Under the pieces are notes generated by a model. That model was given only the letters and a program-made list of their open reading frames with translations, did not search any database and was not told the DNA's origin. From contig OY760687.1 of NCBI GenBank assembly GCA_963663945.1, positions 3,095,387 through 3,159,386 on the forward strand: a DNA stretch of 64,000 nucleotides. The letters run 5' to 3'. This stretch comes from Dehalococcoidia bacterium (GTDB taxonomy: Bacteria > Chloroflexota > Dehalococcoidia > Lucifugimonadales > UBA3495). Both the position numbers and the translations under genes were made by a program. Each line of letters starts with the position of its first letter. Position 1 is the first letter of the stretch. Shown piece after piece: positions 28,258 to 37,812 of this stretch.

Positions 28258-30174
28258 ATGAAACGACGCCGCAAAACGACCCCGCGCGCCCTGATCCTGG
28301 TCACTTTCTCGCTCGCCCTGATATTCGTGATTGCCTGCGGTGGCGCGGCCAGCGCGCCGGCACCGGAATCGGATGCTTCTTCTGCTCCCGCCAGCGCGGC
28401 CACCGGGTCGCAATCGGCGCCCGCAGCCGCGCCTTCCGGCAGCTCCTCCCAGGCGAGCCAACCCACCGCTGCCGCAGCACCAGCCCAGCCGGCAGCGTCT
28501 TCCGGTAGCTCCGCCGCCGCGGAACCGACGCCCACAGTCCAGCCGGTGGAGGTCCAGGCCCCCGAAACCGACTGGGTGACTCGCGGGAAGCACGGCCGCA
28601 CCATGAAGTGGGTCGCTCGCAACAACCCAGGCTTCTGGGACGTGCACTACGGCGCCAGCCTGACCACCACCCTCACACCCTCCGGCCCCAGGTTCAACCA
28701 ACTGGTTGAGTACAACCCGGTCAACCCGGAGGAGATCATCGGGGACCTGGCCGAGAGCTGGGACGTCAGCGAGGACGGCACGGTGTACACCTTCTACCTT
28801 GCCGAAGCGAACTGGACCGACGGACAGCCGGTGAAGGCCAGTGACATCGTTTACAGCCTGGACCGCATAACCCTTCCCGACGCGTTCCGCGGCCGCACCA
28901 ACAGCCTCCGCAACTTCTACGAGCACAAGACCGCAGAGGTGATCGACGAACGGACAGTGCGGATGCCCATCAAGTTCCCCGCGGCCACCTTCATGGTCAA
29001 CCTCGCCTCCGACTACATGAAGATGTACCCGGAGCACGTGGCCGGCCAACTGACCCAGGAGGACGTCAACTGCTGTCCGGAGAACATGATCGGCTCCGGC
29101 CCCTTCATCTTCAAGGATGGCAGCTGGCAGAAGCAGGAGGCCTATGAGTACGTCCGCAACGACGACTACTTCAAGGCTCCGCGTCCCTATTTTGACGGGT
29201 TCAAGGTCTTCCTGATCCAGGACGTGGCCCGGGCCATCGCCACCCTGAAAGTCGGGCAGGCCGACGGAACCTACTACCCGGTACTGTCCACCTACACCGA
29301 ATTCGTCGAGCAGTTGGAGCATGACACCGACGGCCGCATGCGCGCCCTGTTCATGGAAAACGTGCAGCGCGCCGGCCTCAACTTCAACTGGCTGGTTGAA
29401 CCCTACGACGACCCCCGCGTGCGGACCGCTCTCTGGATGGTGATCGACCAGGAGGAAATCGTCGAGAAGATCCTGCGCGGCAACGGAACCGTGGGCACGC
29501 ACTTCCACGTCGGGTTCGCCCCCAACGAAAGTGTCGAAGCCCTCTACGAGCTGCCCGGCTACCGCCGGGACGCGGACGGCACCAAGGCGCAGGCGGACCT
29601 GGACGAAGCCCGCCGACTGCTTGCCGAAGCCGGCTTTCCCGAAGGCTTCAGCGGCACCATCACGTCCATCCTGACGGGCTGCACCGCAACCTCCGCCCAG
29701 CTGGTCAAAGACATCTGGAAGCGTGAGCTCAACCTGGAGATGACCATCGAGTCCAGCGACGTGGCGACGCTGTACGCCAAGTGGCGCAGCAACGACTACG
29801 GGGTCATCGTCGGATGCGGCAGCGGCATCGTCCTTCCGGACCCGTCTGACATCCTGAACCAATGGTACGGGCTCGACACCATGCGCAACTCCGGCAACTG
29901 GACCACCACGGAGTTCGAGTCCCTCAAGGCCGCTCAAGCCAAGGAGTTGGACCCGGACAGGCGCAAGGAGCTCTTCTCCCAGATGGTGGAACTCCTGCGT
30001 GACGAGGTGCCTCACTACCTGCCCACGGGTTGGATCCACGCCGGTGGGACCCTCGACTACCGCGTTCGCAACTACCACGTCCCGAGGACCATCCAGATGA
30101 TCCACAAGCTGGACCACATGTGGTGGGACGAGGATGCCGAGAAGCCCCCGATCGGGACGGGATACCAGCCGTAG
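28258..30174 (+). CDS. ABC transporter substrate-binding lipoprotein, family 5 (Dpp/Opp-like), copy 1
   Basis: MKRRRKT...LIFVIACGG lipobox, then an A/S/P-rich linker and a family-5 SBP body. GGAGG RBS. Confidence 0.85.
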   Translation: MKRRRKTTPRALILVTFSLALIFVIACGGAASAPAPESDASSAPASAATGSQSAPAAAPSGSSSQASQPTAAAAPAQPAASSGSSAAAEPTPTVQPVEVQAPETDWVTRGKHGRTMKWVARNNPGFWDVHYGASLTTTLTPSGPRFNQLVEYNPVNPEEIIGDLAESWDVSEDGTVYTFYLAEANWTDGQPVKASDIVYSLDRITLPDAFRGRTNSLRNFYEHKTAEVIDERTVRMPIKFPAATFMVNLASDYMKMYPEHVAGQLTQEDVNCCPENMIGSGPFIFKDGSWQKQEAYEYVRNDDYFKAPRPYFDGFKVFLIQDVARAIATLKVGQADGTYYPVLSTYTEFVEQLEHDTDGRMRALFMENVQRAGLNFNWLVEPYDDPRVRTALWMVIDQEEIVEKILRGNGTVGTHFHVGFAPNESVEALYELPGYRRDADGTKAQADLDEARRLLAEAGFPEGFSGTITSILTGCTATSAQLVKDIWKRELNLEMTIESSDVATLYAKWRSNDYGVIVGCGSGIVLPDPSDILNQWYGLDTMRNSGNWTTTEFESLKAAQAKELDPDRRKELFSQMVELLRDEVPHYLPTGWIHAGGTLDYRVRNYHVPRTIQMIHKLDHMWWDEDAEKPPIGTGYQP

Positions 30175-30235
30175 GCTCGTGCGCCTCAATGTCTAGAGAC
30201 GATTTCGACGATTGCCAGGCCCGGTCCCGGGAGGA

Positions 30236-31204
30236 ATGATGACTACCTATATCGTGAGGAGGCTGCTCCTCTTCATCCCCACGATCCTCATCGTAACCAT
30301 CATCATCTTCCTGCTGATGTGGATCGTGCCTGGCGACACGGCCATGCTCATCCTCACGGGCAACGACCCGAATGAGGGCGGACGGGTCAGCCTGGAGGAC
30401 GTCGAACGGCTGCGCGCCAAGCTGGGACTGGACCGGCCCGTACACATCCAGTACGCGGACTGGCTATGGGACATGCTCCGTGGCGACCTAGGCGAGTCGC
30501 TCTGGTACCAGACACCGGTGATCGACGAGCTTGGAGGACGGTTCATCACCACCGTGCAACTTGCGGTGATGGGCATGGGGCTGGCCTTCATCGTCGCGGT
30601 TCCTTTAGGCATCGTATCTGCGGTCAAACAGGACACCAAACTGGACTACATCAGCCGGCTGTTTGCCCTTCTGGGCATCGCCATGCCGACCTTCCTCATT
30701 GCGATCGTCGTGACCTACCTGCTGGCCTACGTATTCGACTGGCTGCCGCCGCTGGACTACGCCAACCTGTGGGAGCAGCCGCTGACGAACCTGCAGCAGA
30801 TGGTGTTCCCGGCGCTGGCCATCGCCTTCCATGATCTTGCGTTCACCGCCCGGGTCACCCGCTCGGCCATGCTGGAAACCATGCGGGACGACTACGTTCG
30901 CACGGCTCGGGCCAAAGGACTCACGGAGATGGGCGTAATCGGTCGACACGCCCTGAAAAACGCCCTGTTGCCGATCATCACGGTGTCCGGCTACCAGTTC
31001 GGCCGGCTGCTGGGCGGTGTCGTAATCGTCGAGGTGATCTTCCTCGTTCCCGGCATTGGCAACATGCTGATCGACGCAATCATCCACCGTGATTTCGTCG
31101 TGATCCAGGCCGTCGTGGTGCTGGTGGCGGCGGTGGTCATGTTCCTGAACCTGGTTATCGACCTTGTCTACGGAGTGCTCGACCCGAGAATCCGCTATCA
31201 GTAG
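30236..31204 (+). CDS. ABC transporter permease (DppB-like), copy 1
   Basis: YIVRRLLLFIPTILIV N-terminus and the EAA-type loop RTARAKGL. Confidence 0.9.
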   Translation: MMTTYIVRRLLLFIPTILIVTIIIFLLMWIVPGDTAMLILTGNDPNEGGRVSLEDVERLRAKLGLDRPVHIQYADWLWDMLRGDLGESLWYQTPVIDELGGRFITTVQLAVMGMGLAFIVAVPLGIVSAVKQDTKLDYISRLFALLGIAMPTFLIAIVVTYLLAYVFDWLPPLDYANLWEQPLTNLQQMVFPALAIAFHDLAFTARVTRSAMLETMRDDYVRTARAKGLTEMGVIGRHALKNALLPIITVSGYQFGRLLGGVVIVEVIFLVPGIGNMLIDAIIHRDFVVIQAVVVLVAAVVMFLNLVIDLVYGVLDPRIRYQ

Positions 31205-31230
31205 CGCACCGCATATCAACGGAGCAGATC

Positions 31231-32142
31231 ATGGCTACTCGCGACATCACCGCAGAAGGCGGCTCCCAGGCTCGCAATGCGTTGTTGCGTATCCCCGCTG
31301 CGTACCGGTCCACGGTGGACCTCGCTCGGCGGAAACCCCTCGGCGCGGTCGGCGGCGCCATTGCCCTCATCCTCATTTTTGTCGCCATTTCATCCCGGTT
31401 GGCCATCCTGCCGGTTCCGGACCCATACGCCTCCGTCGGCGACATATTCCTCGCTCCCAGCCCGGAATACCCCATGGGGACGGACGTCATCGGAAGGGAC
31501 ATTCTGTCGCGCGTCCTGTACGGCACCTGGATATCCCTGTACGTCGGCCTGGGCAGTGTCCTGATCGGGATCACCGCGGGCTTCGTGCTGGGCATCACCA
31601 GCACCTACGCTGGCGGCTTCGTTGACCTCGCTTTCCAGCGCGTGGTGGATGCTCTGATGTCCATACCCGGCCTGATCCTGGCGCTGTCCATCATGGCGGT
31701 GCTCGGGTCCTCCCTGAACAACGTCATCCTGGCCATCGTCATCGGGATGCTCGCCCCCGTGATCCGCACCGTGCGCTCGCAGGTGCTCACGCTCAAGGAA
31801 ATGGACTACGTGACCGCCGCAAGAGCCATCGGCGCACGCCCCCAGCGCATTGTGTTCCGGCACATCATGCCCAACTGCCTCGCCATCTACATCATCATGG
31901 CGACCTACTACCTGGGCTTCGCCATCATCATCGAGGCGTCGCTGAGCTTCCTGGGCGTGGGCGCGCCGCCGGACGAGCCCAGCTGGGGCGGCATCCTGAC
32001 CGTGGCCAGCCGGGAAGCGCCGGAGACGGGCATCTGGCTGCTGGTATTCCCCGGCATCTTCATCTTCATTGCCGTGCTGGCCTTCAACGTGCTCGGCGAC
32101 GCCCTGCGCGACGTGCTCGACCCCCGGCTCCGCGGGCGCTGA
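31231..32142 (+). CDS. ABC transporter permease (DppC-like), copy 1
   Basis: LGTD..GRDILSR motif and the DYVTAARAIGA EAA loop. Confidence 0.9.
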   Translation: MATRDITAEGGSQARNALLRIPAAYRSTVDLARRKPLGAVGGAIALILIFVAISSRLAILPVPDPYASVGDIFLAPSPEYPMGTDVIGRDILSRVLYGTWISLYVGLGSVLIGITAGFVLGITSTYAGGFVDLAFQRVVDALMSIPGLILALSIMAVLGSSLNNVILAIVIGMLAPVIRTVRSQVLTLKEMDYVTAARAIGARPQRIVFRHIMPNCLAIYIIMATYYLGFAIIIEASLSFLGVGAPPDEPSWGGILTVASREAPETGIWLLVFPGIFIFIAVLAFNVLGDALRDVLDPRLRGR

Positions 32143-32187
32143 TCGCACACCGGAAACTACGCCAACAAGGCCGCACCACTGGTCCTA

Positions 32188-32224
32188 CGCCCCGACGTTC
32201 GTTTCGCGTCGGGGCGATCTTTTG
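32188..32224 (+). terminator. Intrinsic terminator after ABC locus 1
   Basis: cgccccgacg / cgtcggggcg 10-bp stem followed by ATCTTTT. Confidence 0.75.
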
Positions 32225-32308
32225 CATGCGCCTCAATGGGGATGGCGTGTCGGGGCGATCTGGACGTAGTCCCCGATGTTGACCACCACCCGATGTTCCG
32301 CACGCCAT

Positions 32309-32337
32309 TTGACAACCCACAACCTTGTGGGTAGCAT
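32309..32337 (+). promoter_or_regulatory. Promoter TTGACA-17-TAGCAT with a perfect 7-bp inverted repeat in the spacer
   Basis: TTGACA at 32309-32314. Spacer acccacaaccttgtggg contains cccacaa/ttgtggg. TAGCAT at 32332-32337. Confidence 0.65.
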
Positions 32338-32431
32338 CCCCACCGCTGGCCAATTCGGCCGGCGTGACCAGGATGGCCAAAGGCCACCCGGTCACCAGCG
32401 TTCGATTAACATGCATCGGGAGGGTTCGCCA

Positions 32432-34279
32432 ATGAATTTCCGACGAATCGGAAGACCTCAATGGTTCTTGCTCGTGAGCTGCGCGGCCTTGTTGATGGTC
32501 GGGCTGGCCTGCGGAGGAACCGCTGCGCCCGAGCCCGCCGCGCCGAGCCAGGCCGGCCAGTCCCAGCCGGCGGCCTCCGACAGTTCGGCCGCAGCGGGTC
32601 CGACGCCCACGTTCACACCCATCCCGACACGGGTTCTCGACGCCACGCCCACCGCCATTCCCGTGCCAACCGCCGTGGCAATCGACGAACGTCCGGATTG
32701 GTGGCGCGAGGGCGAGAGCAAGCATTACCGGGGGACCTTCCCGATGGTCGGAAACAGCAACCCCGGCTTCTGGGACGTCCACTACGGTGGTTCGCTCAAC
32801 ACCACCCTCATGCCGTCCAGCCCGCGGTTCAACCAACTGGTTGAGTACAACCCGGTCAGTCCCACCGAGATCATCGGCGATCTGGCGACTACCTGGGACG
32901 TCAATGATGACGGCACCGAGTTCACGTTCCACCTGAATGTGGCCACCTGGTCCGACGGCCAACCGGTGACCGCCGAGGACATCAAGTTCAGCCTGGACCG
33001 CATCACGCTGCCGGGCGCGCAACGCGCTCGAACCGGCTTCCTGCGCGCGTTCTACGAGCACCAGTCCGCGGAAGTAGTTGACGACAAGACCGTCAAGGTT
33101 CCGCTGAAATTCCCCGCGCCCACCTTCATGCCCAACCTCGCTTCGGACTACATGAAGATGTACCCCAAGCACATCGCCGAAGATCTGACACAGGAAGAGG
33201 CCAACCAGCCCGAGTCGCTGATCGGCTCCGGACCGTGGCTGTTCGGCGGGTGGCAGAAGGACGTGAGCTACACGTTCGACCGCAATCCCACGTACTTCAA
33301 GTCGGGCCGACCGTTCTTCGACGGGATTATCGTGTACCTGATCCCTGATACCGCCCGGCGGATCGCCGCCCTCCAGGCCGGCCAGGTTCTGGGCACGTTC
33401 AACCCCTTCACCGGCGTGAACCGTCCCGAAGACATGGCCATCCTGGAAGAGCAAACCGACGGCCAGATGCGCGCCCTGATCCTGCCCGACTCCGGCTTCG
33501 AGGCCTACTTCCTGAACAACGCCAAGCCGCCGTTTGACGACGAACGCGTGCGCCAGGCCTTCTACCTCGGCCTCGACCGCGATCTTGGAATTGAGCGGGC
33601 CGTCAAGGGCTTCGGCACGCCGGGAACGTACTTCGCTCCTGGAGTTGTCGAAAACATGGACGACCTGAGGGCCAACAACGCGGCGTTCGCCGAAGACCGC
33701 ACCGCAGCGATTGAACAAGCCAAAGCGCTGCTGGCCGAAGCCGGGTACCCGGACGGCATCAAGGTCAAGATGAACACCCGCAACTCCAACCCCACGCTGC
33801 CGGCCGCCGAAGTCGCCAGCGCGCAACTGCGCCGGGACGTGGGTATCGACATAGAAATCCTGCCCAACGACCTCGCGACCACCTATGCGGTGATGCGTGA
33901 CGGCACCCACGAAATCTCCACGGTGGGCACCGGTATCATTCTTCGGGACCCGGCAGACATCCTGAACCAGTTCTACCTCCAGGATGTGCTGAGGAACCCG
34001 CAAAACTGGCAGGATGACCGGATCGATGAACTCATCGACCTCCAGAACCGCGCCATCGACCAGCGTGTCCGCCAGGATCACCTGGAAGAAATCGCAGACA
34101 TCCTTCACACTGGCAAGAGCCATCTGGTGATCTATTTCTGGGGATCCAACGGCGGAGCGCTGGACTACCGCATCCGGAACTTCCACACTCCACCGACCCT
34201 CCAGCAGGTCCACAAGTGGGACCACGTCTGGTTTGACCCTGACCGCGAACAGCCTGCAGAATCCGGATACCAGCCGTAG
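32432..34279 (+). CDS. ABC transporter substrate-binding lipoprotein, family 5, copy 2
   Basis: MNFRRIG...LMVGLACGG lipobox. Shares long blocks with copy 1 (NPGFWDVHYG.SL.TTL.PS.PRFNQLVEYNPV). GGGAGGG RBS. Confidence 0.85.
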   Translation: MNFRRIGRPQWFLLVSCAALLMVGLACGGTAAPEPAAPSQAGQSQPAASDSSAAAGPTPTFTPIPTRVLDATPTAIPVPTAVAIDERPDWWREGESKHYRGTFPMVGNSNPGFWDVHYGGSLNTTLMPSSPRFNQLVEYNPVSPTEIIGDLATTWDVNDDGTEFTFHLNVATWSDGQPVTAEDIKFSLDRITLPGAQRARTGFLRAFYEHQSAEVVDDKTVKVPLKFPAPTFMPNLASDYMKMYPKHIAEDLTQEEANQPESLIGSGPWLFGGWQKDVSYTFDRNPTYFKSGRPFFDGIIVYLIPDTARRIAALQAGQVLGTFNPFTGVNRPEDMAILEEQTDGQMRALILPDSGFEAYFLNNAKPPFDDERVRQAFYLGLDRDLGIERAVKGFGTPGTYFAPGVVENMDDLRANNAAFAEDRTAAIEQAKALLAEAGYPDGIKVKMNTRNSNPTLPAAEVASAQLRRDVGIDIEILPNDLATTYAVMRDGTHEISTVGTGIILRDPADILNQFYLQDVLRNPQNWQDDRIDELIDLQNRAIDQRVRQDHLEEIADILHTGKSHLVIYFWGSNGGALDYRIRNFHTPPTLQQVHKWDHVWFDPDREQPAESGYQP

Positions 34280-34345
34280 TCTCGCCAGCAGTTTGGCTAC
34301 GTCCACGCGACCGCACCAGACACGACTGTGAAATAAAGGACAAAG

Positions 34346-34385
34346 GCGGCCGGCCCAATAGTCTCTTGACGCTGGGACCGGCCGC
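34346..34385 (+). other. Intercistronic stem-loop between SBP2 and its permease
   Basis: gcggccggccca ... tggg(a)ccggccgc, about 12 bp with one bulge. Confidence 0.4.
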
Positions 34386-34437
34386 TTGTCCATCAATTTG
34401 CCGTTGGCGTTATTCGCTGACGACATGAGGCCAGACC

Positions 34438-35400
34438 ATGTACGCCTACATTGCCCGCCGCGGCCTGCTATTCATACCCACCATTCTCCTGGCAACTATC
34501 CTGGTGTTTGCACTGTTCTGGATCGTTCCCGGAGACGCGGCCATGATGATCCTCACCGGCGAGGAAGGTGACGGCGGCAAAGTTACCCAGGCGGACCTCG
34601 ACAACCTCAAGCGCGAACTCGGGCTGGACCGACCTGTATACATCCAGTACGGGGAATGGCTTTGGAAAATCCTGCAGGGAGACTTCGGCGACTCAGTCTG
34701 GTACGGCACTCCGGTTCTGGATGACCTGAAGGACCGGTTCTTCATCACGCTGGAACTCTCGGTGTTGGCCATAATCCTGGCCTTCATCGCTGCGGTTCCG
34801 TTGGGCGTGCTTTCGGCAGTCAAGCAGGATACGTTCCTGGACCACATCAGCCGGCTGTTGGCCCTTGTGGGCATAGCTCTGCCCACCTTCTGGCTGGGGA
34901 TCCTGGTGATTTATGGGTTGACCTATCTGGCTGGCTGGCTGCCTCCTTTGGGCTATGCCACCTTGTGGGGCGATCCGTTTACCAACCTCCAGCAATTGAT
35001 CTTCCCGGCGCTGGTTCTCGCCTTTCACGACATGGCATTCACGGCTCGCGTGGCCCGTTCCGCCATGCTGGAAGTCATGCGGGAAGACTACATGCGAACC
35101 GCTCGGTCCAAGGGCCTGAACGAATGGATGGTCGTCGGGCGCCACGCGCTGAAAAACGCCCTGCTCCCGGTCATAACGGTTTCCGGCTACCAGTTCGGCC
35201 GGCTGTTGGGCGGCACCATCATCATCGAATCCATCTTCGTGATACCCGGCGTGGGCCGGTACCTGATCGACGCCATCATTCACCGCGATTTTGTCGTCGT
35301 GCAAGGCGTTGTCCTGCTCGCTGCCGGAGTGGTGTTGCTTCTTAACCTGGTCATTGACATCCTGTATGGAATACTGGACCCCAGGATCAGGTACTCGTAG
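34438..35400 (+). CDS. ABC transporter permease (DppB-like), copy 2
   Basis: Paralogue of 30236..31204. Confidence 0.9.
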   Translation: MYAYIARRGLLFIPTILLATILVFALFWIVPGDAAMMILTGEEGDGGKVTQADLDNLKRELGLDRPVYIQYGEWLWKILQGDFGDSVWYGTPVLDDLKDRFFITLELSVLAIILAFIAAVPLGVLSAVKQDTFLDHISRLLALVGIALPTFWLGILVIYGLTYLAGWLPPLGYATLWGDPFTNLQQLIFPALVLAFHDMAFTARVARSAMLEVMREDYMRTARSKGLNEWMVVGRHALKNALLPVITVSGYQFGRLLGGTIIIESIFVIPGVGRYLIDAIIHRDFVVVQGVVLLAAGVVLLLNLVIDILYGILDPRIRYS

Positions 35401-35464
35401 GTTGCAGGCGTATCGGAACACCCTGCGCTTGCTGGCCAGTGTTCCGTGAGGAGTGTTCGTACTC

Positions 35465-36394
35465 ATGGCGAATCAACCCACTCAGCGCGTTGAAGTAGCG
35501 CCCCCGCCCCGCGCGGGGATGCTGCAGCCGGCCGCAGCCGGCCTCAGAGAGGTGAAGCGGTTTGCGCGTCGCAAGCCCCTGGGCGCCATCGGCGGTCTTC
35601 TGGTGCTCGCGCTGGTGATCGTGGCCGTGTTGGCGCCGGTGCTTGCTCCATACGGAGCCCGCGATCTCCCGGACAGCCGCCAGGGTGGTTCCACCGTCTA
35701 CATCCCGCCAAATTCCCAGTTTCTGCTCGGCACCGACCACGTCGGGCGCGACGTTCTCAGCCGGTTGATTTACGGAGCGCGCATCAGCCTGTACGTCGGC
35801 CTGGGGAGCGTCCTCATCGGCATTACCGCCAGTTTCATCATCGGGGTGACCCTGACTTATGCCGGCGGCATCATCGACATGTCGTCTCAGCGTGTGGTCG
35901 ATGCGCTCATGGCCCTGCCCGGCCTGATCATCGCGCTGGCGATTGTCGCGGTGCTCGGTTCTTCTTTGAACAACGTCATCCTCGCCATCGTCATCGGCAT
36001 GATCGCTCCGGTGATTCGAACCGTGCGTTCGCAGGTTCTCTCGGTCAAAGAGCTCGACTATGTGACGGCAGCCGTAGCCATCGGCGCGCCCCCATGGCGG
36101 ATCGTTTTCCGGCATATTGTCCCCAACTGTTTGGCGATCTACCTGGTGTTGGCCACCTACTACCTGGGTTTCGCCATCATCATCGAAGCGTCCCTGTCGT
36201 TCCTCGGCGTCGGGGCTCCGCCAGACCAGCCCAGCTGGGGCGGAATGCTCACCCGGGCCGCCCAGGAGCACGTGCTGACCGCCCCGTGGGTTGGCATCTT
36301 CCCGGGCGTGGCAATCTTCGTTGTGGTCATGGGTTTCAACCTCCTGGGTGACGCCCTTCGCGACGTCCTGGATCCCCGCCTGCGCGGGCGTTAG
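35465..36394 (+). CDS. ABC transporter permease (DppC-like), copy 2
   Basis: Paralogue of 31231..32142. ATG 35465 preferred over the GTG track start at 35453. Confidence 0.9.
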   Translation: MANQPTQRVEVAPPPRAGMLQPAAAGLREVKRFARRKPLGAIGGLLVLALVIVAVLAPVLAPYGARDLPDSRQGGSTVYIPPNSQFLLGTDHVGRDVLSRLIYGARISLYVGLGSVLIGITASFIIGVTLTYAGGIIDMSSQRVVDALMALPGLIIALAIVAVLGSSLNNVILAIVIGMIAPVIRTVRSQVLSVKELDYVTAAVAIGAPPWRIVFRHIVPNCLAIYLVLATYYLGFAIIIEASLSFLGVGAPPDQPSWGGMLTRAAQEHVLTAPWVGIFPGVAIFVVVMGFNLLGDALRDVLDPRLRGR

Positions 36395-36396
36395 CC

Positions 36397-37803
36397 TTGC
36401 CGGCGTCAAACCGCAAACCACTCACCAGGATCGCCGCCGGCCTTCCACTCGCGCTGGCCGGCGTTATTCTGGCGGCCTCTATAGCCCTGGCCTGCGCCCC
36501 GTCTGAAGACACCACGAGCAGCGAGCCGTGGGCGGTCCCGCTGGCTGCAACCGACGCCCCCTTCCCAACGCTGGAACCCGCTGCCGACCTGCCTACCGCC
36601 GCGCTTGCCGACCGCGCAACGCCTTTGCCAACCGCAGCCCTGGCGTCACCTGCCACCGCGCTTCCCGCAGCCACCTCTTTCCCGGTGGCCAACGAGGTCA
36701 GTGTCCAGACAATCACCGCAGACGAGGCCGAGGAGGCCCGCACCCGCTACCAACGCCTCCTTCGGGCCACCTGGGACACCGACTTCACGCGCACGACGAT
36801 AGCCTACGACGAGATCATGACCGGCGGGCCGCCCAAAGACGGTATCCCGTCTATCGACAACCCGCAGTTCGAGTCAATTGCTGATGCGGACCTCTGGCTC
36901 GACGACCTCGAGCCCGTGCAGGTGGTCGATCTCAACGGCGACGTTCGCGCGTATCCGGTCCAGGTGATGGTCTGGCACGAACTTGTCAACGACACCGTCG
37001 GCGGCGAACCGGTAGTCATCACCTTTTGACCACTCTGCAATACCGCCTTCGTGTACAGGCGGACGGTTGACGACACGATCCTGGATTTCGGGACCACCGG
37101 CGCCCTGCGCGACAGCAACCTGCTGATGTACGACCGCCAGACCGAGACCTGGTGGCAGGAAGTGGGCGGCGAGGGAGTGATCGGACATTTCGCCGGCCGC
37201 AAACTGGAGCAACTCTACCTGTCCATCGTGTCCTGGGCGGACTTCAAAGCGGCCCACTCTGAAGGACAGGTGCTTTCCCGCCCCGACTCCGGTCGCGCCT
37301 ACGGGAACAACCCCTACGCCGGGTACGACCGTCCGGGCAGCCAACCGTTTCTGTTCCGTGGCGAGGAAGACCCCCGCTTGCCGGCAGTCGAGCGAGTGGT
37401 GGCGGTTGAACGCGGCAACGAGGCCTGGGCGGTGTCGTTCACCACGCTGGCCGAGGAGCGGGTGGTCACTACATCTGTGGCCGGCGAGGACATCTTGGTG
37501 TTCTGGTCGCCGGGAACCGCGTCCGCGCTGGACTCCGGAACGATATCAAGGGGAAGGGATGTGGGTACCGCCGGTATATTCTCGCCGCGAGGTCCCGACG
37601 GCAACGCGCTGACCTTCGCCCCAGACGCCGCCGGGCGCATCACCGACGTCGAGACCGGGAGCCAGTGGGATATATTCGGCCGCGCGGTCAGCGGGCCACT
37701 TGAAGGCTCTGAACTGACCCCGGTGCCGGGCCGCATTGGTCAGCTCTGGTTCTCCTGGGCGGTTTACCGTCCCGATACCGTCGTGTATCCGGCCACCGGC
37801 TGA
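36397..37803 (+). CDS. DUF3179-family lipoprotein with Sec in the CPLC motif (UGA at 37027-37029)
   Basis: Track ORFs 36397..37029 and 37051..37803 share a frame. Read-through gives DGIPSIDNPQF...VNDTVGGEPVVITF-U-PLCNTAFVY...LMYDRQTETWWQ. Lipobox IALAC. TTG start 2 nt after the upstream stop. Confidence 0.7.
37043..37062 (+). promoter_or_regulatory. SECIS-like hairpin after UGA 37027
   Basis: ccgcc(t)-tcgtgtac-(a)ggcgg, starting 14 nt after the UGA. Confidence 0.45.
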
Positions 37804-37812
37804 GCCACCTGC

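Noticed and set aside
28114-30189. Very long antisense ORFs (for example 28114..30189-, 32084..34426-, 24521..26386-, 49586..51310+, 55843..57543+, 54426..55598+, 4531..5763-, 10216..11895+, 43..1101+).
   Set aside because: Each lies opposite a gene with clear family motifs. Their translations are Arg/Gly/Ala/Pro-rich with no recognisable domains, which is typical of shadow ORFs in high-GC DNA.
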